DNA of 64,000 bases, taken from positions 24,428,001 to 24,492,000 of the forward strand of contig OZ024742.1 of the NCBI GenBank assembly GCA_964016885.1, read 5' to 3'. The first letter of the stretch is position 1. Each line of letters starts with the position of its first letter. Both the position numbers and the translations under genes were made by a program. Of this stretch, positions 11,970 through 26,629 are shown piece after piece. The notes below the pieces were generated by a model. It had not been told where the DNA came from. It ran no database searches and worked only from the letters and a program-made list of their open reading frames with translations. The DNA comes from Eledone cirrhosa. Lineage: Eukaryota.

Positions 11970-14900
11970 TTGTGGCCTGTTGCTGTAAGGCTGAAGGTAT
12001 GAAATGACTGCTGTGGATTGTGGCCTGCTGCTGTAAGGCTGAAGGTATGAGATGACTGCTGTGGATTGTGGCCTGCTGCTGTAAGGCTGAAGTTATGAGA
12101 TGACTGCTGTGGATTGTGGCCTGTTGCTGTAAGGCTGAAGGTATGAGATGACTGCTGTGGATTGTGGCCTGCTGCTGTAAGGCTTAAGGTATGAGATGAC
12201 TGCTGTGGATTGTGGCTTGTTGTTGTGAGGCTGAAGGTATGAGATGACTGATGTGGATTGTGGCTTGTTGTTGTGAGGCTGAAGGTACGAGATGACTGCT
12301 GTGGATTGTGGCTTGTTGTTGTGAGGCTGAAGGTATGAGATGACTGCTGTGGATTGTGGCCTGTTGCTGTAAGGCTGAAGGTATGAGATGACTGCTGTGG
12401 ATTGTGGCCTGCTGCTGTAAGGCTGAAGGTATGAGATGACTGCTGTGGATTGTGGCCTGCTGCTGTAAGGCTGAAGGTATGAGATGACTGCTGTGAATTG
12501 TGGCCTGCTGCTGTAAGGCTGAAGGTATGAGATGACTGCTGTAGATTGTGGCCTGCTGCTGTAAGGCTGAAATATGAGATGACTACTGTGGATTGTGGCT
12601 TGTTGTTGTGAGGCTGAAGGTATGAGATGACTGCTGTGGATTGAGGCCTGCTGCTGTAAGGCTGAAGGTATGAGATGACTGCTGTGGATTGTGGCCTGTT
12701 GCTGTAAGGCTGAAGGTATGAGATGACTGCTGTGGATTGTGGCCTGTTGCTGTAAGGCTGAAGGTATGAGATGACTGCTGTGGATTGTGGCTTGTTGTTG
12801 TGAGGCTGAAGGTATGAGATGACTGCTGTGGATTGTGGCTTGTTGTTGTGAGGCTGAAGGTATGAGATGACTGCTGTGGATTGTGGCTTGTTGTTGTGAG
12901 GCTGAAGGTATGAGATGACTGCTGTGGATTGTGGCTTGTTGTTGTGAGGCTGAAGGTATGAGATGACTGCTGTGGATTGTGGCCTGTTGCTGTAAGGCTG
13001 AAGGTATGAGATGACTGCTGTGGATTGTGGCTTGTTGTTGTGAGGCTGAAGGTATGAGATGACTGCTGTGGATTGTGGCTTGTTGTTGTGAGGCTGAAGG
13101 TATGAGATGACTGCTGTGGATTGTGGCTTGCTGTTGTGAGGCTGAAGGTATGAGATGACTGCTGTGGATTGTGGCTTGTTGTTGTGAGGCTGAAGGTATG
13201 AGATGACTGCTGTGGATTGTGGCCTGTTGCTGTAAGGATGAAGGTATGAGATGACTGCTGTGGATTGTGGCCTGCTGCTGTAAGGCTGAAGGTATAAGAT
13301 GACTGCTGTGGATTGTGGCCTGCTGCTGTAAGGCTGAAGGTATGAGATGACTGCTGTGGATTGTGGCTTGTTGTTGTGAGGCTGAAGTTATGAGATGACT
13401 GCTGTGGATTGTGGCCTGCTGCTGTAAGGCTGAAGGTATGAGATGACTGCTGTGGATTGTGGCCTGCTGCTGTAAGGCTGAAGGTATGAGATGACTGCTG
13501 TGAATTGTGGCCTGCTGCTGTAAGGCTGAAGGTATGAGATGACTGCTGTAGATTGTGGCCTGCTGCTGTAAGGCTGAAATATGAGATGACTACTGTGGAT
13601 TGTGGCTTGTTGTTGTGAGGCTGAAGGTATGAGATGACTGCTGTGGATTGTGGATTGTTGTTGTGAGGCTTAAGGTATGACATGACTGCTGTGGATTGTG
13701 GCCTGCTGCTGTAAGGCTGAAGGTATGAGATGACTGCTGTGGATTATGGCTTGTTGTTGTGAGGCTGAAGGTATGAGATGACTGCTGTGGATTGTGGCTT
13801 GTTGTTGTGAGGCTGAAGGTATGAGATGACTGCTGTGGATTGTGGCTTGTTGTTGTGAGGCTGAAGGTATGAGATGACTGCTGTGGATTGTGGCTTGTTG
13901 TTGTGAGGCTGAAGGTATGAGATGACTGCTGTGGATTGTGGCTTGTTGTTGTGAGGCTGAAGGTATGAGATGACTGCTGTGGATTGTGGCTTGTTGTTGT
14001 GAGGCTGAAGGTATGAGATGACTGCTGTGGATTGTGGCCTGTTGCTGTAAGGCTGAAGGTATGAAATGACTGCTGTGGATTGTGGCCTGCTGCTGTAAGG
14101 CTGAAGGTATGAGATGACTGCTGTGGATTGTGGCCTGCTGCTGTAAGGCTGAAGTTATGAGATGACTGCTGTGGATTGTGGCCTGTTGCTGTAAGGCTGA
14201 AGGTATGAGATGACTGCTGTGGATTGTGGCCTGCTGCTGTAAGGCTTAAGGTATGAGATGACTGCTGTGGATTGTGGCTTGTTGTTGTGAGGCTGAAGGT
14301 ATGAGATGACTGATGTGGATTGTGGCTTGTTGTTGTGAGGCTGAAGGTACGAGATGACTGCTGTGGATTGTGGCTTGTTGTTGTGAGGCTGAAGGTATGA
14401 GATGACTGCTGTGGATTGTGGCCTGTTGCTGTAAGGCTGAAGGTATGAGATGACTGCTGTGGATTGTGGCCTGCTGCTGTAAGGCTGAAGGTATGAGATG
14501 ACAGCTGTGGATTGTGGCCTGCTGCTGTAAGGCTGAAGGTATGAGATGACTGCTGTGAATTGTGGCCTGCTGCTGTAAGGCTGAAGGTATGAGATGACTG
14601 CTGTAGATTGTGGCCTGCTGCTGTAAGGCTGAAATATGAGATGACTACTGTGGATTGTGGCTTGTTGTTGTGAGGCTGAAGGTATGAGATGACTGCTGTG
14701 GATTGTGGCCTGCTGCTGTAAGGCTGAAGGTATGAGATGTCTGCTGTGGATTGTGGCCTGTTGCTGTAAGGCTGAAGGTATGAGATGACTGCTGTGGATT
14801 GTGGCCTGTTGCTGTAAGGCTGAAGGTATGAGATGACTGCTGTGGATTGTGGCTTGTTGTTGTGAGGCTGAAGGTATGAGATGACTGCTGTGGATTGTGG

Positions 14901-17900
14901 CTTGTTGTTGTGAGGCTGAAGGTATGAGATGACTGCTGTGGATTGTGGCTTGTTGTTGTGAGGCTGAAGGTATGAGATGACTGCTGTGGATTGTGGCTTG
15001 TTGTTGTGATGCTGAAGGTATGAGATGACTGCTGTGGATTGTGGCCTGTTGCTGTAAGGCTGAAGGTATGAGATGACTGCTGTGGATTGTGGCTTGTTGT
15101 TGTGAAGCTGAAGGTATGAGATGACTGCTGTGGATTGTGGCTTGTTGTTGTGAGGCTGAAGGTATGAGATGACTGCTGTGGATTGTGGCTTGTTGTTGTG
15201 AGGCTGAAGGTATGAGATGACTGCTGTGGATTGTGGCCTGTTGCTGTAAGGATGAAGGTATGAGATGACTGCTGTGGATTGTGGCCTGCTGCTGTAAGGC
15301 TGAAGGTATAAGATGACTGCTGTGGATTGTGGCCTGCTGCTGTAAGGCTGAAGGTATGAGATGACTGCTGTGGATTGTGGCTTGTTGTTGTGAGGCTGAA
15401 GTTATGAGATGACTGCTGTGGATTGTGGCTTGTTGTTGTGAGGCTGAAGGTATGAGATGACTGCTGTGGATTGTGGCCTGCTGCTGTAAGGCTGAAGGTA
15501 TGAGATGACAGCTGTGGATTGTGGCCTGCTGCTGTAAGGCTGAAGGTATGAGATGACTGCTGTGAATTGTGGCCTGCTGCTGTAAGGCTGAAGGTATGAG
15601 ATGACTGCTGTAGATTGTGGCCTGCTGCTGTAAGGCTGAAATATGAGATGACTACTGTGGATTGTGGCTTGTTGTTGTGAGGCTGAAGGTATGAGATGAC
15701 TGCTGTGGATTGTGGATTGTTGTTGTGAGGCTTAAGGTATGACATGACTGCTGTGGATTGTGGCCTGCTGCTGTAAGGCTGAAGGTATGAGATGACTGCT
15801 GTGGATTGTGGCTTATTGTTGTGAGGCTGAAGGTATGAGATGACTGCTGTGGATTGTGGCTTGTTGTTGTGAGGCTGAAGGTATGAGATGACTGCTGTGG
15901 ATTGTGGCTTGTTGTTGTGAGGCTGAAGGTATGAGATGACTGCTGTGGATTGTGGCTTGTTGTTGTGAGGCTGAAGGTATGAGATGACTGCTGTGGATTG
16001 TGGCTTGTTGTTGTGAGGCTGAAGGTATGAGATGACTGCTGTGGATTGTGGCCTGTTGCTGTAAGGCTGAAGGTATGAGATAACTGCTGTGGATTGTGGC
16101 CTGCTGCTGTAAGGCTGAAGGTATGAGATGACTGCTGTGGATTGTGGCCTGCTGCTGTAAGGCTGAAGGTATGAGATGACTGCTGTGTATTGTGGCCTGC
16201 TGCTGTAAGGCTGAAGGTATGAGATGACTGCTGTAGATTGTGGCCTGCTGTTGCAAGGCTGAAATATGAGATGACTACTGTGGATTGTGTCTTGTTGTTG
16301 TGAGGCTGAAGGTATGAGATGACTGCTGTGGATTGTGGCCTGCTGCTGTAAGGCTGAAGGTATGAGATGACTGCTGTGGATTGTGGCCTGTTGCTGTAAG
16401 GCTGAAGGTATGAGATGACTGCTGTGGATTGTGGCTTGTTGTTGTGAGGCTGAAGGTATGAGATGACTGCTGTGGATTGTGGCTTGTTGTTGTGAGGCTG
16501 AAGGTATGAGATGACTGCTGTGGATTGTAGCTTGTTGTTGTGAGGCTGAAGGTATGAGATGACTGCTGTGGATTGTGGCTTGTTGTTGTGAGGCTGAAGG
16601 TATGAGATGACTGCTGTGGATTGTGGCCTGTTGCTGTAAGGCTGAAGGTATGAGATGACTGCTGTGGATTGTGGCTTGTTGTTGTGAGGCTGAAGGTATG
16701 AGATGACTGCTGTGGATTGTGGCTTGTTGTGAGGCTGAAGGTATGAGATGACTGCTGTGGATTGTGGCTTGTTGTTGTGAGGCTGAAGGTATGAGATGAC
16801 TGCTGTGGATTGTGGCCTGTTGCTGTAAGGCTGAAGGTATGAAATGACTGCTGTGGATTGTGGCCTGCTGCTGTAAGGCTGAAGGTATGAGATGACTGCT
16901 GTGGATTGTGGCCTGCTGCTGTAAGGCTGAAGTTATGAGATGACTGCTGTGGATTGTGGCCTGTTGCTGTAAGGCTGAAGGTATGAGATGACTGCTGTGG
17001 ATTGTGGCCTGCTGCTGTAAGGCTTAAGGTATGAGATGACTGCTGTGGATTGTGGCTTGTTGTTGTGAGGCTGAAGGTATGAGATGACTGATGTGGATTG
17101 TGGCTTGTTGTTGTGAGGCTGAAGGTACGAGATGACTGCTGTGGATTGTGGCTTGTTGTTGTGAGGCTGAAGGTATGAGATGACTGCTGTGGATTGTGGC
17201 CTGTTGCTGTAAGGCTGAAGGTATGAGATGACTGCTGTGGATTGTGGCCTGCTGCTGTAAGGCTGAAGGTATGAGATGACTGCTGTGGATTGTGGCCTGC
17301 TGCTGTAAGGCTGAAGGTATGAGATGACTGCTGTGAATTGTGGCCTGCTGCTGTAAGGCTGAAGGTATGAGATGACTGCTGTAGATTGTGGCCTGCTGCT
17401 GTAAGGCTGAAATATGAGATGACTACTGTGGATTGTCGCTTGTTGTTGTGAGGCTGAAGGTATGAGATGACTGCTGTGGATTGAGGCCTGCTGCTGTAAG
17501 GCTGAAGGTATGAGATGACTGCTGTGGATTGTGGCCTGTTGCTGTAAGGCTGAAGGTATGAGATGACTGCTGTGGATTGTGGCCTGTTGCTGTAAGGCTG
17601 AAGGTATGAGATGACTGCTGTGGATTGTGGCTTGTTGTTGTGAGGCTGAAGGTATGAGATGACTGCTGTGGATTGTGGCTTGTTGTTGTGAGGCTGAAGG
17701 TATGAGATGACTGCTGTGGATTGTGGCTTGTTGTTGTGAGGCTGAAGGTATGAGATGACTGCTGTGGATTGTGGCTTGTTGTTGTGAGGCTGAAGGTATG
17801 AGATGACTGCTGTGGATTGTGGCCTGTTGCTGTAAGGCTGAAGGTATGAGATGACTGCTGTGGATTGTGGCTTGTTGTTGTGAGGCTGAAGGTATGAGAT

Positions 17901-20900
17901 GACTGCTGTGGATTGTGGCTTGTTGTTGTGAGGCTGAAGGTATGAGATGACTGCTGTGGATTGTGGCTTGCTGTTGTGAGGCTGAAGGTATGAGATGACT
18001 GCTGTGGATTGTGGCTTGTTGTTGTGAGGCTGAAGGTATGAGATGACTGCTGTGGATTGTGGCCTGTTGCTGTAAGGATGAAGGTATGAGATGACTGCTG
18101 TGGATTGTGGCCTGCTGCTGTAAGGCTGAAGGTATAAGATGACTGCTGTGGATTGTGGCCTGCTGCTGTAAGGCTGAAGGTATGAGATGACTGCTGTGGA
18201 TTGTGGCTTGTTGTTGTGAGGCTGAAGTTATGAGATGACTGCTGTGGATTGTGGCCTGCTGCTGTAAGGCTGAAGGTATGAGATGACTGCTGTGGATTGT
18301 GGCCTGCTGCTGTAAGGCTGAAGGTATGAGATGACTGCTGTGAATTGTGGCCTGCTGCTGTAAGGCTGAAGGTATGAGATGACTGCTGTAGATTGTGGCC
18401 TGCTGCTGTAAGGCTGAAATATGAGATGACTACTGTGGATTGTGGCTTGTTGTTGTGAGGCTGAAGGTATGAGATGACTGCTGTGGATTGTGGATTGTTG
18501 TTGTGAGGCTTAAGGTATGACATGACTGCTGTGGATTGTGGCCTGCTGCTGTAAGGCTGAAGGTATGAGATGACTGCTGTGGATTGTGGCTTATTGTTGT
18601 GAGGCTGAAGGTATGAGATGACTGCTGTGGATTGTGGCTTGTTGTTGTGAGGCTGAAGGTATGAGATGACTGCTGTGGATTGTGGCTTGTTGTTGTGAGG
18701 CTGAAGGTATGAGATGACTGCTGTGGATTGTGGCTTGTTGTTGTGAGGCTGAAGGTATGAGATGACTGCTGTGGATTGTGGCTTGTTGTTGTGAGGCTGA
18801 AGGTATGAGATGACTGCTGTGGATTGTGGCTTGTTGTTGTGAGGCTGAAGGTATGAGATGACTGCTGTGGATTGTGGCTTGTTGTTGTGAGGCTGAAGGT
18901 ATGAGATGACTGCTGTGGATTGTGGCCTGTTGCTGTAAGGCTGAAGGTATGAAATGACTGCTGTGGATTGTGGCCTGCTGCTGTAAGGCTGAAGGTATGA
19001 GATGACTGCTGTGGATTGTGGCCTGCTGCTGTAAGGCTGAAGTTATGAGATGACTGCTGTGGATTGTGGCCTGTTGCTGTAAGGCTGAAGGTATGAGATG
19101 ACTGCTGTGGATTGTGGCCTGCTGCTGTAAGGCTTAAGGTATGAGATGACTGCTGTGGATTGTGGCTTGTTGTTGTGAGGCTGAAGGTATGAGATGACTG
19201 ATGTGGATTGTGGCTTGTTGTTGTGAGGCTGAAGGTACGAGATGACTGCTGTGGATTGTGGCTTGTTGTTGTGAGGCTGAAGGTATGAGATGACTGCTGT
19301 GGATTGTGGCCTGTTGCTGTAAGGCTGAAGGTATGAGATGACTGCTGTGGATTGTGGCCTGCTGCTGTAAGGCTGAAGGTATGAGATGACAGCTGTGGAT
19401 TGTGGCCTGCTGCTGTAAGGCTGAAGGTATGAGATGACTGCTGTGAATTGTGGCCTGCTGCTGTAAGGCTGAAGGTATGAGATGACTGCTGTAGATTGTG
19501 GCCTGCTGCTGTAAGGCTGAAATATGAGATGACTACTGTGGATTGTGGCTTGTTGTTGTGAGGCTGAAGGTATGAGATGACTGCTGTGGATTGTGGCCTG
19601 CTGCTGTAAGGCTGAAGGTATGAGATGACTGCTGTGGATTGTGGCCTGTTGCTGTAAGGCTGAAGGTATGAGATGACTGCTGTGGATTGTGGCCTGTTGC
19701 TGTAAGGCTGAAGGTATGAGATGACTGCTGTGGATTGTGGCTTGTTGTTGTGAGGCTGAAGGTATGAGATGACTGCTGTGGATTGTGGCTTGTTGTTGTG
19801 AGGCTGAAGGTATGAGATGACTGCTGTGGATTGTGGCTTGTTGTTGTGAGGCTGAAGGTATGAGATGACTGCTGTGGATTGTGGCTTGTTGTTGTGATGC
19901 TGAAGGTATGAGATGACTGCTGTGGATTGTGGCCTGTTGCTGTAAGGCTGAAGGTATGAGATGACTGCTGTGGATTGTGGCTTGTTGTTGTGAAGCTGAA
20001 GGTATGAGATGACTGCTGTGGATTGTGGCTTGTTGTTGTGAGGCTGAAGGTATGAGATGACTGCTGTGGATTGTGGCTTGTTGTTGTGAGGCTGAAGGTA
20101 TGAGATGACTGCTGTGGATTGTGGCCTGTTGCTGTAAGGATGAAGGTATGAGATGACTGCTGTGGATTGTGGCCTGCTGCTGTAAGGCTGAAGGTATAAG
20201 ATGACTGCTGTGGATTGTGGCCTGCTGCTGTAAGGCTGAAGGTATGAGATGACTGCTGTGGATTGTGGCTTGTTGTTGTGAGGCTGAAGTTATGAGATGA
20301 CTGCTGTGGATTGTGGCTTGTTGTTGTGAGGCTGAAGGTATGAGATGACTGCTGTGGATTGTGGCCTGCTGCTGTAAGGCTGAAGGTATGAGATGACAGC
20401 TGTGGATTGTGGCCTGCTGCTGTAAGGCTGAAGGTATGAGATGACTGCTGTGAATTGTGGCCTGCTGCTGTAAGGCTGAAGGTATGAGATGACTGCTGTA
20501 GATTGTGGCCTGCTGCTGTAAGGCTGAAATATGAGATGACTACTGTGGATTGTGGCTTGTTGTTGTGAGGCTGAAGGTATGAGATGACTGCTGTGGATTG
20601 TGGATTGTTGTTGTGAGGCTTAAGGTATGACATGACTGCTGTGGATTGTGGCCTGCTGCTGTAAGGCTGAAGGTATGAGATGACTGCTGTGGATTGTGGC
20701 TTATTGTTGTGAGGCTGAAGGTATGAGATGACTGCTGTGGATTGTGGCTTGTTGTTGTGAGGCTGAAGGTATGAGATGACTGCTGTGGATTGTGGCTTGT
20801 TGTTGTGAGGCTGAAGGTATGAGATGACTGCTGTGGATTGTGGCTTGTTGTTGTGAGGCTGAAGGTATGAGATGACTGCTGTGGATTGTGGCTTGTTGTT

Positions 20901-21700
20901 GTGAGGCTGAAGGTATGAGATGACTGCTGTGGATTGTGGCCTGTTGCTGTAAGGCTGAAGGTATGAGATAACTGCTGTGGATTGTGGCCTGCTGCTGTAA
21001 GGCTGAAGGTATGAGATGACTGCTGTGGATTGTGGCCTGCTGCTGTAAGGCTGAAGGTATGAGATGACTGCTGTGTATTGTGGCCTGCTGCTGTAAGGCT
21101 GAAGGTATGAGATGACTGCTGTAGATTGTGGCCTGCTGTTGCAAGGCTGAAATATGAGATGACTACTGTGGATTGTGTCTTGTTGTTGTGAGGCTGAAGG
21201 TATGAGATGACTGCTGTGGATTGTGGCCTGCTGCTGTAAGGCTGAAGGTATGAGATGACTGCTGTGGATTGTGGCCTGTTGCTGTAAGGCTGAAGGTATG
21301 AGATGACTGCTGTGGATTGTGGCTTGTTGTTGTGAGGCTGAAGGTATGAGATGACTGCTGTGGATTGTGGCTTGTTGTTGTGAGGCTGAAGGTATGAGAT
21401 GACTGCTGTGGATTGTAGCTTGTTGTTGTGAGGCTGAAGGTATGAGATGACTGCTGTGGATTGTGGCTTGTTGTTGTGAGGCTGAAGGTATGAGATGACT
21501 GCTGTGGATTGTGGCCTGTTGCTGTAAGGCTGAAGGTATGAGATGACTGCTGTGGATTGTGGCTTGTTGTTGTGAGGCTGAAGGTATGAGATGACTGCTG
21601 TGGATTGTGGCTTGTTGTGAGGCTGAAGGTATGAGATGACTGCTGTGGATTGTGGCTTGTTGTTGTGAGGCTGAAGGTATGAGATGACTGCTGTGGATTG
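11970..21700. repeat. Tandem duplication of about 4.84 kb (101 vs 102 monomers)
   Basis: TATGAAATGA pairs at 12001/16841 and TTGAGGCC at 12641/17481 (offset 4840). After one extra A monomer the offset becomes 4888: GAAATGA 14063/18951, GTGATGCT 15010/19898, 47-bp units 16261/21149. Confidence 0.9.
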
Positions 21701-24700
21701 TGGCCTGCTGCTGCAAGGCTGAAATATGAGATGACTACTGTGGATTGTGGCTTGTTGTTGTGAGGCTGAAGGTATGAGATGACTGCTGTGGATTGTGGCC
21801 TGCTGCTGTAAGGCTGAAGGTATGAGATGACTGCTGTGGATTGTGGCCTGTTGCTGTAAGTCTGAAGGTATGAGATGACTGCTGTGGATTGTGGCCTGTT
21901 GCTGTAAGGCTGAAGGTATGAGATGACTGCTGTGGATTGTGGCTTGTTGTTGTGAGGCTGAAGGTATGAGATGACTGCTGTGGATTGTGGCTTGTTGTTG
22001 TGAGGCTGAAGGTATGAGATGACTGCTGTGGATTGTGGCCTGTTGCTGTAAGGCTGAAGGTATGAAATGACTGCTGTGGATTGTGGCCTGCTGCTGTAAG
22101 GCTGAAGGTATGAGATGACTGCTGTGGATTGTGGCCTGCTGCTGTAAGGCTGAAGTTATGAGATGACTGCTGTGGATTGTGGCCTGTTGCTGTAAGGCTG
22201 AAGGTATGAGATGACTGCTGTGGATTGTGGCCTGCTGCTGTAAGGCTTAAGGTATGAGATGACTGCTGTGGATTGTGGCTTGTTGTTGTGAGGCTGAAGG
22301 TATGAGATGACTGATGTGGATTGTGGCTTGTTGTTGTGAGGCTGAAGGTACGAGATGACTGCTGTGGATTGTGGCTTGTTGTTGTGAGGCTGAAGGTATG
22401 AGATGACTGCTGTGGATTGTGGCCTGTTGCTGTAAGGCTGAAGGTATGAGATGACTGCTGTGGATTGTGGCCTGCTGCTGTAAGGCTGAAGGTATGAGAT
22501 GACAGCTGTGGATTGTGGCCTGCTGCTGTAAGGCTGAAGGTATGAGATGACTGCTGTGAATTGTGGCCTGCTGCTGTAAGGCTGAAGGTATGAGATGACT
22601 GCTGTAGATTGTGGCCTGCTGCTGTAAGGCTGAAATATGAGATGACTACTGTGGATTGTGGCTTGTTGTTGTGAGGCTGAAGGTATGAGATGACTGCTGT
22701 GGATTGTGGCCTGCTGCTGTAAGGCTGAAGGTATGAGATGACTGCTGTGGATTGTGGCCTGTTGCTGTAAGGCTGAAGGTATGAGATGACTGCTGTGGAT
22801 TGTGGCCTGTTGCTGTAAGGCTGAAGGTATGAGATGACTGCTGTGGATTGTGGCTTGTTGTTGTGAGGCTGAAGGTATGAGATGACTGCTGTGGATTGTG
22901 GCTTGTTGTTGTGAGGCTGAAGGTATGAGATGACTGCTGTGGATTGTGGCTTGTTGTTGTGAGGCTGAAGGTATGAGATGACTGCTGTGGATTGTGGCTT
23001 GTTGTTGTGAGGCTGAAGGTATGAGATGACTGCTGTGGATTGTGGCCTGTTGCTGTAAGGCTGAAGGTATGAGATGACTGCTGTGGATTGTGGCTTGTTG
23101 TTGTGAGGCTGAAGGTATGAGATGACTGCTGTGGATTGTGGCTTGTTGTTGTGAGGCTGAAGGTATGAGATGACTGCTGTGGATTGTGGCTTGTTGTTGT
23201 GAGGCTGAAGGTATGAGATGACTGCTGTGGATTGTGGCCTGTTGCTGTAAGGATGAAGGTATGAGATGACTGCTGTGGATTGTGGCCTGCTGCTGTAAGG
23301 CTGAAGGTATAAGATGACTGCTGTGGATTGTGGCCTGCTGCTGTAAGGCTGAAGGTATGAGATGACTGCTGTGGATTGTGGCTTGTTGTTGTGAGGCTGA
23401 AGTTATGAGATGACTGCTGTGGATTGTGGCTTGTTGTTGTGAGGCTGAAGGTATGAGATGACTGCTGTGGATTGTGGCCTGCTGCTGTAAGGCTGAAGGT
23501 ATGAGATGACAGCTGTGGATTGTGGCCTGCTGCTGTAAGGCTGAAGGTATGAGATGACTGCTGTGAATTGTGGCCTGCTGCTGTAAGGCTGAAGGTATGA
23601 GATGACTGCTGTAGATTGTGGCCTGCTGCTGTAAGGCTGAAATATGAGATGACTACTGTGGATTGTGGCTTGTTGTTGTGAGGCTGAAGGTATGAGATGA
23701 CTGCTGTGGATTGTGGATTGTTGTTGTGAGGCTTAAGGTATGACATGACTGCTGTGGATTGTGGCCTGCTGCTGTAAGGCTGAAGGTATGAGATGACTGC
23801 TGTGGATTGTGGCTTATTGTTGTGAGGCTGAAGGTATGAGATGACTGCTGTGGATTGTGGCTTGTTGTTGTGAGGCTGAAGGTATGAGATGACTGCTGTG
23901 GATTGTGGCTTGTTGTTGTGAGGCTGAAGGTATGAGATGACTGCTGTGGATTGTGGCTTGTTGTTGTGAGGCTGAAGGTATGAGATGACTGCTGTGGATT
24001 GTGGCTTGTTGTTGTGAGGCTGAAGGTATGAGATGACTGCTGTGGATTGTGGCCTGTTGCTGTAAGGCTGAAGGTATGAGATAACTGCTGTGGATTGTGG
24101 CCTGCTGCTGTAAGGCTGAAGGTATGAGATGACTGCTGTGGATTGTGGCCTGCTGCTGTAAGGCTGAAGGTATGAGATGACTGCTGTGTATTGTGGCCTG
24201 CTGCTGTAAGGCTGAAGGTATGAGATGACTGCTGTAGATTGTGGCCTGCTGTTGCAAGGCTGAAATATGAGATGACTACTGTGGATTGTGGCTTGTTGTT
24301 GTGAGGCTGAAGGTATGAGATGACTGCTGTGGATTGTGGCCTGCTGCTGTAAGGCTGAAGGTATGAGATGACTGCTGTGGATTGTGGCCTGTTGCTGTAA
24401 GGCTGAAGGTATGAGATGACTGCTGTGGATTGTGGCTTGTTGTTGTGAGGCTGAAGGTATGAGATGACTGCTGTGGATTGTGGCTTGTTGTTGTGAGGCT
24501 GAAGGTATGAGATGACTGCTGTGGATTGTAGCTTGTTGTTGTGAGGCTGAAGGTATGAGATGACTGCTGTTGATTGTGGCTTGTTGTTGTGAGGCTGAAG
24601 GTATGAGATGACTGCTGTGGATTGTGGCCTGTTGCTGTAAGGCTGAAGGTATGAGATGACTGCTGTGGATTGTGGCTTGTTGTTGTGAGGCTGAAGGTAT

Positions 24701-25050
24701 GAGATGACTGCTGTGGATTGTGGCTTGTTGTGAGGCTGAAGGTATGAGATGACTGCTGTGGATTGTGGCTTGTTGTTGTGAGGCTGAAGGTATGAGATGA
24801 CTGCTGTGGATTGTGGCCTGCTGCTGCAAGGCTGAAATATGAGATGACTACTGTGGATTGTGGCTTGTTGTTGTGAGTCTGAAGGTATGAGATGACTGCT
24901 GTGGATTGTGGCCTGCTGCTGTAAGGCTGAAGGTATGAGATGACTGCTGTGGATTGTGGCCTGTTGCTGTAAGGCTGAAGGTATGAGATGACTGCTGTGG
25001 ATTGTGGCCTGTTGCTGTAAGGCTGAAGGTATGAGATGACTGCTGTGGAT
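18830..25050. repeat. Tandem duplication of about 3.11 kb (65 monomers, offset 3113 bp)
   Basis: GAAATGA pairs at 18951/22064, and 47-bp units at 19519/22632, 20526/23639, 21149/24262 and 21721/24834. ORFs 19533..21716 and 22646..24829 are nearly identical. Confidence 0.9.
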
Positions 25051-26629
25051 TGTGGCTTGTTGTTGTGAGGCTGAAGGTATGAGATGACTGCTGTGGATTG
25101 TGGCTTGTTGTTGTGAGGCTGAAGGTATGAGATGACTGCTGTGGATTGTGGCTTGTTGTGAGGCTGAAGGTATGAGATGACTGCTGTGGATTGTGGCTTG
25201 TTGTTGTGAGGCTGAAGGTATGAGATGACTGCTGTGGATTGTGGCCTGTTGCTGTAAGGCTGAAGGTATGAGATGACTGCTGTGGATTGTGGCTTGTTGT
25301 TGTGAGGCTGAAGGTATGAGATGACTGCTGTGGATTGTGGCTTGTTGTGAGGCTGAAGGTATGAGATGACTGCTGTGGATTGTGGCTTGTTGTTGTGAGG
25401 CTGAAGGTATGAGATGACTGCTGTGGATTGTGGCTTGTTGTTGTGAGGCTGAAGGTATGAGATGACTGCTGTGGATTGTGGCCTGTTGCTGTAAGGCTGA
25501 AGGTATGAGATGACTGCTGTGGATTGTGGCCTGCTGCTGTAAGGCTGAAGGTATGAGATGACTGCTGTGGATTGTGGCCTGCTGCTGTAAGGCTGAAGGT
25601 ATGAGATGACTGCTGTGGTTTGTGGCTTGTTGTTGTGAGGCTGAAGTTATGAGATGACTGCTGTGGATTGTGGCCTGCTGCTGTAAGGCTGAAGGTATGA
25701 GATGACTGCTGTGGATTGTGGCCTGCTGCTGTAAGGCTGAAGGTATGAGATGACTGCTGTGGATTGTGGCCTGCTGCTGTAAGGCTGAAGGTATGAGATG
25801 ACTGCTGTAGATTGTGGCCTGCTGCTGTAAGGCTGAAATATGAGATGACTACTGTGGATTGTGGCTTGTTGTTGTGAGGCTGAAGGTATGAGATGACTGC
25901 TGTGGATTGTGGCCTGCTGCTGTAAGGCTGAAGGTATGAGATGACTGCTGTGGATTGTGGCCTGTTGCTGTAAGGCTGAAGGTATGAGATGACTGCTGTG
26001 GATTGTGGCTTGTTGTTGTGAGGCTGAAGGTATGAGATGACTGCTGTGGATTGTGGCTTGTTGTTGTGAGGCTAAAGGTATGAGATGACTGCTGTGGATT
26101 GTGGCCTGCTGCTGTAAGACTGAAGTTATGAGATGACTGCGGTGGATTGTGGCCTGCTGCTGTAAGGCTGAAGGTATGAGATGACTGCTGTGGATTGTGG
26201 CTTGTTGTTGTGAGGCTGAAGGTATGAGATGACTGCTGTGGATTGTGGATTGTTGTTGTGAGGCTTAAGGTATGACATGACTGCTGTGGATTGTGGCCTG
26301 CTGCTGTAAGGCTGAAGGTATGAGATGACTGCTGTGGATTGTGGCTTGTTGTTGTGAGGCTGAAGGTATGAGATGACTGCTGTGGATTGTGGCTTGTTGT
26401 TGTGAGGCTGAAGGTATGAGATGACTGCTGTGGATTGTGGCTTGTTGTTGTGAGGCCGAAGTTATGAGATGACTGCTGTGGATTGTGGCCTGCTGCTGTA
26501 AGGCTGAAGGTATGAGATGACTGCTGTGGATTGTGGCCTGCTGCTGTAAGGCTGAAGGTATGAGATGACTGCTGTGGATTGTGGCCTGCTGCTGTAAGGC
26601 TGAAGTTATGAGATGACTGCTGTGGATTG

